This document shows positions 55,946 to 64,000 of a stretch of 64,000 bases of DNA, piece by piece. Both the position numbers and the translations under genes were made by a program. Each line of letters starts with the position of its first letter. The first letter of the stretch is position 1. The stretch comes from a virus. The notes under the pieces were generated by a model that was not told the origin of the DNA, did no database searches, and saw only the letters and a list, made by a program, of their open reading frames with translations. The stretch spans positions 1 to 64,000 of IMG/VR virus record IMGVR_UViG_3300032249_000542. One strand, written 5' to 3'.

Positions 55946-57309
55946 TGGATAATATTAATCAAAGTACAGATTTTAGGATAGTTAAGTTATCCATCGTTGC
56001 ATCAAATGGATATGGAAAAGACTATGACTTGCGAAATGTTTTTATAGAATTAAACATATACGATACCGTATTGTTTTCTTCAGTATCAGGTAATATCATT
56101 ATTAATGATGCAGCTGGATTAATAAACGATTTAAGTTTAGATGGATCTGAAGTTTTACTAGTAAGAATTGGAAAATCTGAAAACGATATTACATACACTA
56201 ATAAATTCAGAATATATAAAATAGGAAACAGGCAACCATTATCTGCAACAAGTGAAGCATACTCTTTACATTTTGTTAGTGATGAATATATTTTATCTGC
56301 ACAAAGAAAAATAAGTCAATCTTATGTTGGAACGTATTCAAATATAGCAATAGCTATTATGAAAGATAAACTTCTATTGAAACCGGAAACAATTTCTGCT
56401 ACACCTTCAATCGGAATAAAAAATGTTGTCGTTCCAAATCTATCGCCGATAGAGTCATTAGAGTGGTTGTCGAGACGAGCTGTTGACAATGACTCGGTCC
56501 CAAACTTCTTGTTCTTTGAAAATAAAACTGGATACAATTTTGTTTCTTTGTCTGATATGATTAGGTCTAGTGAAGTTGCTAGAATAAATATTGACCCTAA
56601 AAATTTAGGTAAGACATTTTTTGAAAAAAAGAATGAGACAGAACTAGGAAATGAATTTTTAGGTGCTAGAGAATTTAAAACTACATCACAATTTGATTTT
56701 TTAAAATCAGTTAAATCTGGTTCATATGCTGGAACATTTTTAGGATTTGATCCCATTACTAGGTCATTTGATAAACAGAAATTCAGTTATTCATCATACC
56801 ATGGAAAGAATCCAGTATACCAAAGTAAAGTACCAAATCTTCCTTTAGTTTATGATACCGAAGGAAAGTTGAATATTGAAAATTATGAATCAAGAAAAAT
56901 AATGTATCCATTTGCATTGTATAGATCAAATAGTGAATACATTAAAAAAAATGGTGGTGCTTTTGAGAAAAATATTGAAGATAATCCACACGAATATATG
57001 TTACAACGTCCAGCAATCCTAAGGTCATTTTTTAATAAAACAGTAAAGTTAGTTATGCCTGGTAATTTCAATTTATCTGCTGGATATAATGTATTAATAA
57101 AAGTTCCAGATAGAGGTGTTGTTTATGGAGAAGAAAATAGAGATGATAGTCTTTATGGTAGATATACAATCATATCCACAAGACATAAAATAACATTCAG
57201 TAAACATGAAACTATATTTGAAGCATGTACAGATTCCACAAATAATGTGTCATTCAAATTACCATCAACCGCTCAAAATCAAGCGTTGAGTAGTACATTT
57301 ACAATTTAG
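55945..57309 (+). CDS. baseplate hub protein (gp27-like position)
   Basis: 454 aa between 53 and 5; FFEN..G..F.S and VPG-like motifs. Confidence 0.65.
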   Translation: MDNINQSTDFRIVKLSIVASNGYGKDYDLRNVFIELNIYDTVLFSSVSGNIIINDAAGLINDLSLDGSEVLLVRIGKSENDITYTNKFRIYKIGNRQPLSATSEAYSLHFVSDEYILSAQRKISQSYVGTYSNIAIAIMKDKLLLKPETISATPSIGIKNVVVPNLSPIESLEWLSRRAVDNDSVPNFLFFENKTGYNFVSLSDMIRSSEVARINIDPKNLGKTFFEKKNETELGNEFLGAREFKTTSQFDFLKSVKSGSYAGTFLGFDPITRSFDKQKFSYSSYHGKNPVYQSKVPNLPLVYDTEGKLNIENYESRKIMYPFALYRSNSEYIKKNGGAFEKNIEDNPHEYMLQRPAILRSFFNKTVKLVMPGNFNLSAGYNVLIKVPDRGVVYGEENRDDSLYGRYTIISTRHKITFSKHETIFEACTDSTNNVSFKLPSTAQNQALSSTFTI

Positions 57310-57317
57310 GACTAGTA

Positions 57318-59342
57318 ATGACTGATAATCAATTTGCAGGATTAAATGGATTTGTTTGGTGGGTCGGTGTTGTTGAGGACCGTCAAGATCCATTAAAACT
57401 TGGTAGATGTAAAGTAAGAATTTTTGGATGGCACTCAGAGGATATACAAAAAGTACCGACAGATTTACTTCCTTGGTCTCAAGCAATGATGCCGTTGAAT
57501 AACGCAAATCCTTATACTCCAAAAGAATCGGATGTTGTTGTTGGATTTTTTCTTGACGGCGATAATGCACAAACTCCAGTAATGATGGGTGTGCTTCCAG
57601 GGATTCCTTTAAACAAAGCAAATCCACAACAAGGTTTTAATGATACTAGAACAAATAAACAACTTGTAGTTGCTCCTGCAAAACCAAATCAAGAAAAAAA
57701 TTCATATCCTAGAAACTTAGATGAACCGACTACATCTAGGCTTGCAAGAAATGAAAATCCTACGCAAATAGATTTATTGAATCAATTAGTGTCAAAAGGA
57801 AACAAATATTTTGTCGCAAAACCTCCATCATATAATGCAAGATATCCTTATAACAATGCAATAGAAACTGAATCTGGACATGCATTTGAATTAGATGATA
57901 CACCAGAATATGAACGAATCAATATAATGCATCGTGGTGGTTCACATCTTGAGTTTAGACCAGAAGGATCGGTTCAACAAAAGATAATGAATAACAGTAC
58001 CCGAATGATTGAAGGCGATGAAACAGTTCATATTAAAGGAAATAAATTAGTTTACATTGACGGTGATTTAACTTACATAGTTGGCGGAAGTGTGACGTAC
58101 CAAGTTGAAAAAGATTTTTCTGTATCTGCAAAAAATGTCACATTCAACGCTAGAGGAAGTTTTTCAGCTGATGCTAAAGTATCAGCTTCATTGAGTGGAG
58201 TAGTTTCTAGCTCTTTAGGTGGATTGACTTCTATAATTACTTCGGTTGATGGAGTTAAAACAGATGTAACTGGAATGGCATCTCTTGATGCTAGTTCGTT
58301 TGGTAAAGCAACATTTGGTGGAAGTGCGACTGTAATTAATGGTGGTACGATTGCTCTAGTAAATATACCTGGCTCCGCTGAAGAAAGTTCAGCATCTAAA
58401 TCTGAACCACCAGCAGTGGGATCACCACTCACTAATCCAACAGTAGCTCCAAATATTACTGAGACAGCAACAGAATCAATAGACAATGCCATAGCCACTT
58501 ATGGTGTTCCAGATCCAAAAGTTTCAGATATTATAGGAACATCTGTATCAAACAAATCATATCTAGATGGTGTCCTCTATGGACCAACAAGTTATAATTG
58601 GACAAATCCAGTATCAATATCACAAAGTATGAGTGCTGTGAATCCAAGCTTTGCTGATTCACTAATAAAAGATTTGGGAAGAGGGCAAGTAGCACTAACT
58701 GATTGGATAAAGGGATTGCCGGAAGATTTGTATAATAAATCTGGATTGATAGAATTGGAAAAAGGATATGATAATGCTATCGCATTAAACAAGACAGCAA
58801 TCAGTTCTGGAAAACTTTCTGATTATGGAAAAGCTGGAAAAGCCTCAGTTGATTTGCTTGCAACAGGTGCTAAAGTTGGAGTTAATATATCAGGATTTAA
58901 CAAAGATGTTATTAATGCTTCACAGTTTGTAAAAGATAGTTGTTTGATAAAAACAGGTAAACAGTTTGCAAAAGACCTTGCACAACCATTAATTGATGCC
59001 GGAGATAAACTTAAAGAAGATTTAAAAGCAATGGATGATAATATTAAAGATTTGGATCCTAATCTAAAAGAAAGATTATCCGAACTAAGAAAATCTATTG
59101 ATAGTTTTGATGAAAAAGCATTGGATGAATTTATTAATGCTAATCATAAAGATGCAGCATGTCAACGATGTGCGAATGAAGCTTATACAAAACTTAGGAT
59201 ACAGGGAGTTGATAGAAAAACAGTATCCGAAGGAGTATCAAATTGTTTGTATAGGGAATATTCTGAATTTAAGAAAACATATGCTTCTAAGATACCTATT
59301 ACAGATAAAACCGCAGCTGATAATTTAAATAATTCTTGTTAG
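57318..59342 (+). CDS. 5: baseplate central spike gp5 (no lysozyme domain seen)
   Basis: WWVGVVEDR.DP..LGR.KVR, LPW, GFFLDG, YPYN...TESGH..E.DDTP. Confidence 0.88.
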   Translation: MTDNQFAGLNGFVWWVGVVEDRQDPLKLGRCKVRIFGWHSEDIQKVPTDLLPWSQAMMPLNNANPYTPKESDVVVGFFLDGDNAQTPVMMGVLPGIPLNKANPQQGFNDTRTNKQLVVAPAKPNQEKNSYPRNLDEPTTSRLARNENPTQIDLLNQLVSKGNKYFVAKPPSYNARYPYNNAIETESGHAFELDDTPEYERINIMHRGGSHLEFRPEGSVQQKIMNNSTRMIEGDETVHIKGNKLVYIDGDLTYIVGGSVTYQVEKDFSVSAKNVTFNARGSFSADAKVSASLSGVVSSSLGGLTSIITSVDGVKTDVTGMASLDASSFGKATFGGSATVINGGTIALVNIPGSAEESSASKSEPPAVGSPLTNPTVAPNITETATESIDNAIATYGVPDPKVSDIIGTSVSNKSYLDGVLYGPTSYNWTNPVSISQSMSAVNPSFADSLIKDLGRGQVALTDWIKGLPEDLYNKSGLIELEKGYDNAIALNKTAISSGKLSDYGKAGKASVDLLATGAKVGVNISGFNKDVINASQFVKDSCLIKTGKQFAKDLAQPLIDAGDKLKEDLKAMDDNIKDLDPNLKERLSELRKSIDSFDEKALDEFINANHKDAACQRCANEAYTKLRIQGVDRKTVSEGVSNCLYREYSEFKKTYASKIPITDKTAADNLNNSC

Positions 59343-59349
59343 GATAGAA

Positions 59350-59655
59350 ATGCCTGGTTTTTTAGCTAAACAATTAGACGTAGTTTCAGATAGAGGATTC
59401 ATCGTTGGAGGTGGCTGGCCACTTGTAACTATTAACGGAATCAACGCAGCAAAACCTGGAGATTTAGTTGCTCCTCATGCATGTTGCGGAGCTCCTGGAT
59501 GTGAGATACATTGTAAAGCCATAATGACAGGTTTACTGAAAGCTGGGCAGATAACAATAAATGGATTACCCGTTGTTATACAAGGTGATTTAGCTACTTG
59601 TGCGGAACCAGTAAATAGACAAACAATACCTAGCGCAGTTTTTATTGGGCCATAA
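59350..59655 (+). CDS. PAAR-like spike tip protein
   Basis: VTING..AA..GD....H; GD.ATC; follows gp5. Confidence 0.75.
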   Translation: MPGFLAKQLDVVSDRGFIVGGGWPLVTINGINAAKPGDLVAPHACCGAPGCEIHCKAIMTGLLKAGQITINGLPVVIQGDLATCAEPVNRQTIPSAVFIGP

Positions 59656-59657
59656 TC

Positions 59658-60452
59658 ATGGGAACATTATTCGATTCTTTACAATTAAATTTTGATACAA
59701 CTAAGTTTGGTAACGCATTAGATCCAAGAGGGACTTTGCAAAGGGACATAATTCTGAGTTCTCCTCCTTTGACTAAATGGCAGTATGATGCTGTTGCTAC
59801 AAATAATGTGGATAGAACAACTTATTTAAAAAATCCACTGGCAAATGTAGTTAATAACATCATCTCAACTGCAAACACACTTTATATAACAACAAATACA
59901 TATGCATACTTACCTAATGCAAACAGTTCTGTTTATAATTTAGAAATTGCAGCTAATAATTTTTTTAGGCATTCTCAAAGAATATCCGGATTAGAAGTTT
60001 CCACTAATAGTGCTTTACCTGATTTCTTTTCAGCAACAAGTTACGGTAGAAGTGTGTTTCCAATTTTTAGTAAATTTGAGGGTGTATCGAACAACAGTCC
60101 TATTTTAGGAAGTATGACAAGTCTGTTTGTAGAATCCGATCTATTAACTTATTCCGTAAGTTTGGAAGCTGCAAAAATAGAATTACAAAATAGTTTAGTT
60201 TCCTCAGGATTTCCAACAGTTACATATTCTTCAAATTTATCTTCAATTAGAATATCTGAAATATGTAACTTAATAAATTCTGCTGCATCATTTATGAATA
60301 CCAGAAGAACACATGATGTGAATTTCTTTGGAAGATTATTGCAGGTATCAAATAATTATATGGAGATTTCTCGTTATTCTGGATTTGCCGATATTGAGGC
60401 TCATTTAATTAGTAATTACATTGGTACAGACACTTTAAAAAATAACCTATAA
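59658..60452 (+). CDS. hypothetical virion protein
   Basis: 264-aa ORF in the baseplate operon. Confidence 0.65.
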   Translation: MGTLFDSLQLNFDTTKFGNALDPRGTLQRDIILSSPPLTKWQYDAVATNNVDRTTYLKNPLANVVNNIISTANTLYITTNTYAYLPNANSSVYNLEIAANNFFRHSQRISGLEVSTNSALPDFFSATSYGRSVFPIFSKFEGVSNNSPILGSMTSLFVESDLLTYSVSLEAAKIELQNSLVSSGFPTVTYSSNLSSIRISEICNLINSAASFMNTRRTHDVNFFGRLLQVSNNYMEISRYSGFADIEAHLISNYIGTDTLKNNL

Positions 60453-60455
60453 ATA
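60448..60455 (+). promoter_or_regulatory. T4-type late promoter
   Basis: TATAAATA, 4 nt before the gp25 ATG. Confidence 0.75.
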
Positions 60456-60459
60456 GAAG

Positions 60460-60864
60460 ATGGCAACCACATTTACAAACGTAACAAGACAATACAGAGA
60501 CTTGGATTTGAATTTTAATATTCATCCAGTCCGTAAAGACATCAATAAAACTGTTGGTGATATGGCGGTTATTAACTCCATCAAGAATTTGATTTCCACA
60601 AACAATTATGAGAGATTATTTAATCCTACGTTTGGTGGAAATATCAGAGCACTATTGTTTGAAAATATGGATCCTGTGACTGCTCTTAGGATGGAAAAAG
60701 AAATAACTAAAATGGTTGAGAATTATGAACCTCGTGTAATTCTTAGTTCAATAACTATTGTTCCTCAATATGAAAACAATGCGTATGATGTCAAGATTAA
60801 GTTTCGTATTGTTAATCGTCCAGAACCGATACAAATTACATTTCAATTAGAGCGACTACGATAA
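60460..60864 (+). CDS. 25: baseplate wedge gp25
   Basis: Y.DLDL.F..HP; ER.F.P.FG; YEPRV. Confidence 0.92.
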   Translation: MATTFTNVTRQYRDLDLNFNIHPVRKDINKTVGDMAVINSIKNLISTNNYERLFNPTFGGNIRALLFENMDPVTALRMEKEITKMVENYEPRVILSSITIVPQYENNAYDVKIKFRIVNRPEPIQITFQLERLR

Positions 60865-62918
60865 TGGCAGACCGTTTACAAATAACAGACCTTGATTTTG
60901 ATACAATCAAGAATAATCTAAAAACATTTTTAACTCAACAATCTGAGTTTCAAGATTATGACTTTGAAGGTTCTGGATTAAGTATTCTTTTGGATGTTCT
61001 AGCGTACAATACGCACTACAATGCATACTATCTAAACATGGTAGCAAATGAAGCATTCATGGATACAGCTTTACTTAGGGATTCTGTAGTATCCCATGCG
61101 AAAGCATTAGGTTATATTCCTTATTCAAGATCACCTGCGGTAGCGAACGTAAATGTTCAAGTTATCGTTAATTCAAATGATACTGTTCAATCCTTGTCTA
61201 TTCCAAAAGGATTTAATTTCCAGTCAAATCTAATTGACAATAAATCATACACATTCAATGTAATTGACCCAATAACAGTATCGAGAACAGGTGATTCCTT
61301 TTATTTTGATAATGTTGATTTGTATGAAGGTGTTCTAATTTCTTTTGGTTCAACATACGATTCAACATCAAATCCTTTTTCAATATTTACTATACCAGAT
61401 ACAAATATTGATACAACAACATTAAAAGTTACTGTTCAATCATCGGCAGGAAATACTGCACTAGAAACATATTCTCTTGCAAGTGATATTTTAAATGTAG
61501 ATGCAACCTCTGCTGTTTACTTTCTACAAGAAGGTAGAAACCAACAATACCAAATATATTTTGGTGATGGAAAAATCGGAAAAGCAATATCAGATGGTTC
61601 TATTGTAACTGTTGAATATTTGATTACCAATGGAGCAGAAGCAGATAAAGCAAATGGATTTATTCCATTAACTGATATTAGTGGGTATGCAAATATTATA
61701 GTTACAGTAAATTCAGTTGCATCAGGAAGTTCAGAAAGGGAGTCTGTCGATAGCATCAAGTACTCCGCCCCATTACAGTTTGCCACACAAAATAGACTAG
61801 TTACTTATAAAGATTATGAATCTTATATTAAGAAAAATTACCCTAGTGTGGACTCTGTTTCCGTATGGGGAAGTGAGGATGACATTCCACCATCATATGG
61901 AAAAGTTATCCTATCACTTAAACCAAAGGAAAATTATTACATTTCTGAATTAGAGAAACAACGAATCATAGATGAAATCATCAAACCTAAATCTATAATT
62001 GCGATTCAAACTGAGATTCGTGATCCAGAATATTTATATCTGTTGGTAAATAATTACGTCAAGTATGATAAACGTAAAACAACAGATACCGAACAACAAA
62101 TAAAAAATAAAATTAGAAATGCAATTCTAAACTATCGTGAATTGAATCTGAATAGGTTCGGCGGACGTTTTGTTCTATCTAAACTACAAGATGCTGTGGA
62201 TAGCACGAACACAACTGCAATTATTGGTTCCGAAACTGTAGTTCGTGTTCAAAAAAGATTTGAACCAGAAATAGGTGTATTGAGAAACTATAAGTTAAAC
62301 TTTAATGTACCGTTACATAGAGGAACATTGACTAACAGATTAACTTCTACAGAATTTGATGTGTTTGATTCACAAGGAGTTTTAAGAACTGTTACCTATG
62401 AAGAATCAGCAGAAACATATACTGGTGTTGAAGATATTCAAGTTGTAAATCCTGGAGTTAATTACACATCTCCTCCAACAGTAACAATTACTGGTGATGG
62501 AAATGGAGCTACCGCAGTTGCAACTATCGTCAATCAAAGAGTAGAAAAAATTACTATTACTAATAGTGGTTTTGGTTATACCCGTGCTGTTGTGACACTT
62601 TCGGGCGGTGGTGGAAGTAGTGCTACAGCTGTTGCAATTGTTACTGCAAGAACTGGATTTTTAAGAACAGTTTATTATGATGCAGATGCACAGAAACAAA
62701 TTGTTAGCTCATCAGCCGGAAGAATTAATTACGAAACAGGTGAAATTACTTTATCTGATGTAGATATTCAAACAATATATTCTTCTGATAGTTTTATGAG
62801 AGTAACAATTGAATCTGATAAAGGTATTGTTGAAACAAACAGAAACACTATATTGGAAATAGATGTGAACGATTCTTCTTCTATAACGGTAGACCTATCT
62901 GAAATAAGTGCGAAGTAA
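60864..62918 (+). CDS. 6: baseplate wedge gp6
   Basis: LDFDTIK.NL; DYDFEGSGLS.L.D.LAYNTHY; QNR.VT..DY. Confidence 0.93.
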   Translation: MADRLQITDLDFDTIKNNLKTFLTQQSEFQDYDFEGSGLSILLDVLAYNTHYNAYYLNMVANEAFMDTALLRDSVVSHAKALGYIPYSRSPAVANVNVQVIVNSNDTVQSLSIPKGFNFQSNLIDNKSYTFNVIDPITVSRTGDSFYFDNVDLYEGVLISFGSTYDSTSNPFSIFTIPDTNIDTTTLKVTVQSSAGNTALETYSLASDILNVDATSAVYFLQEGRNQQYQIYFGDGKIGKAISDGSIVTVEYLITNGAEADKANGFIPLTDISGYANIIVTVNSVASGSSERESVDSIKYSAPLQFATQNRLVTYKDYESYIKKNYPSVDSVSVWGSEDDIPPSYGKVILSLKPKENYYISELEKQRIIDEIIKPKSIIAIQTEIRDPEYLYLLVNNYVKYDKRKTTDTEQQIKNKIRNAILNYRELNLNRFGGRFVLSKLQDAVDSTNTTAIIGSETVVRVQKRFEPEIGVLRNYKLNFNVPLHRGTLTNRLTSTEFDVFDSQGVLRTVTYEESAETYTGVEDIQVVNPGVNYTSPPTVTITGDGNGATAVATIVNQRVEKITITNSGFGYTRAVVTLSGGGGSSATAVAIVTARTGFLRTVYYDADAQKQIVSSSAGRINYETGEITLSDVDIQTIYSSDSFMRVTIESDKGIVETNRNTILEIDVNDSSSITVDLSEISAK

Positions 62919-64000
62919 TGACTAGTTTAAAAATATCAAATTTAGTTCGCAATCAAGTTCCTGAATTTGTTCGTGAGCAACATCCTAAATTTGTTTCTTT
63001 CCTAGAAGCTTATTATGAGTTTTTGGAAACGCAACAAGGAACACAGAAAAATGATTTAATCAATCAGGCAAAGTCTTTACGATATTTGTCGGATGTTGAT
63101 TCTTCATTGGATACGTTTGAAAATAATTTCTATGAAAAGTTTGCATCTTTACTTCCTAGAGATGCTGCGGTACGTAAAGATATTCTTTTCAAAAATCTGA
63201 CAAATCTTTATTTGTCAAAAGGCAGTAGTTCATCATATAAACTTTTGTTTAGAATGTTGTTTGGTGAAGAACTTGAAATCATTGAACCAAAGAATGAAGT
63301 CCTTCGTGCATCTGCAAGCACGTGGTCAGTTGAAAATTCATTACGTGTAGACCCAGATACATTGTATTTACTACACAGCGGTAATGGAACTACTAAAACT
63401 TTTTTATTACCTAGTGCCTCATTTACAGTAAAATCTGTTTTAATTAATGGTGTTGAAACTACGGCGTATCTTGTAAATCAATATTCTAAAAGAATTATAT
63501 TCAATACCGCCCCTAGCAATGGTTCAACAATAAAGATTTTCTTTAATAATTTTGATTACTCTCTTTTAGTAAATCGTAAAATTGAAGGTAAGACTTCAAG
63601 AGCTTCCGGTATTACAGAACGATTTGCGGTCAGTCTTGTTTCAAATAGAAACATTGAGGATTTGTACATAAACTCAAAAACTGTTATAGGATCGTTTTCT
63701 AATGGTGAATTTTGTGTAACAGATATTATTGTAGACGGAAATTTATTAAACATAGAATTTTTAACATCTTCATCATTGCGTACTATTATTATTAATGAAG
63801 GTGGATCGAATTATTCAAACGGAGATTTGGTAATTGTATCTGGTGGTGGTGCAGATCAAGAAGCTGTCGCAGTTATTGAAGAAGTTTTTTCTGGCTTCAT
63901 TGATACGATTAGAGTAAATAAACCAGGAGCAGGATTTACAGTTGGTGGAATCATTGATGCAATAGACCCACCTCTTATCGTAAACGGTTCTATTGCAACG
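62918..64000 (+). CDS. 7: baseplate wedge gp7-like (3' truncated by window)
   Basis: TAATG coupling; QVPEFVRE..P.FV.FLEAYYEF; Y.SKG...S..LLFR. Confidence 0.8.
   Translation, partial: MTSLKISNLVRNQVPEFVREQHPKFVSFLEAYYEFLETQQGTQKNDLINQAKSLRYLSDVDSSLDTFENNFYEKFASLLPRDAAVRKDILFKNLTNLYLSKGSSSSYKLLFRMLFGEELEIIEPKNEVLRASASTWSVENSLRVDPDTLYLLHSGNGTTKTFLLPSASFTVKSVLINGVETTAYLVNQYSKRIIFNTAPSNGSTIKIFFNNFDYSLLVNRKIEGKTSRASGITERFAVSLVSNRNIEDLYINSKTVIGSFSNGEFCVTDIIVDGNLLNIEFLTSSSLRTIIINEGGSNYSNGDLVIVSGGGADQEAVAVIEEVFSGFIDTIRVNKPGAGFTVGGIIDAIDPPLIVNGSIAT

Overview
A 64-kb segment of an AT-rich, T4-like (myovirus) phage genome in the standard genetic code. The host is probably a Betaproteobacterium (inferred from the PqqA type, the permuted tmRNA and a Fur-box-like site). 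In order it contains: LamG proteins; a lysis cassette (spanins, GH19 endolysin); primase, ThyX and NrdAB; a PlcP/Agt-like phospholipid-remodelling pair; about 10 kb of small early ORFs behind near-consensus sigma70 promoters; 25 tRNAs covering all 20 amino acids, interspersed with unexplained structured RNAs; pqqA; RNase H, GT2, GalE, ClpP, heme oxygenase and PhoH; a two-piece tmRNA; dsbA, 33, 59, a PBP7-like peptidase and 32; and the tail/baseplate module (tape measure, 51, 26, 54, 2, 4, 48, 53, 27-like, 5, PAAR, 25, 6, 7). The top candidate for a new system sits directly in front of the tRNA array. It is a late-promoter-driven 32-codon leader ORF, absent from the ORF track, that uses all 20 amino acids and 29 different codons. 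It overlaps a mutually exclusive antiterminator/terminator pair, so it may be a universal tRNA-depletion-sensing attenuator. Other highlights are tandem covarying pseudoknotted ncRNAs, CCA-anchored hairpins and a likely -1 frameshift fusing gp26 to gp51. All family assignments are from motif recognition by eye; no searches were run.
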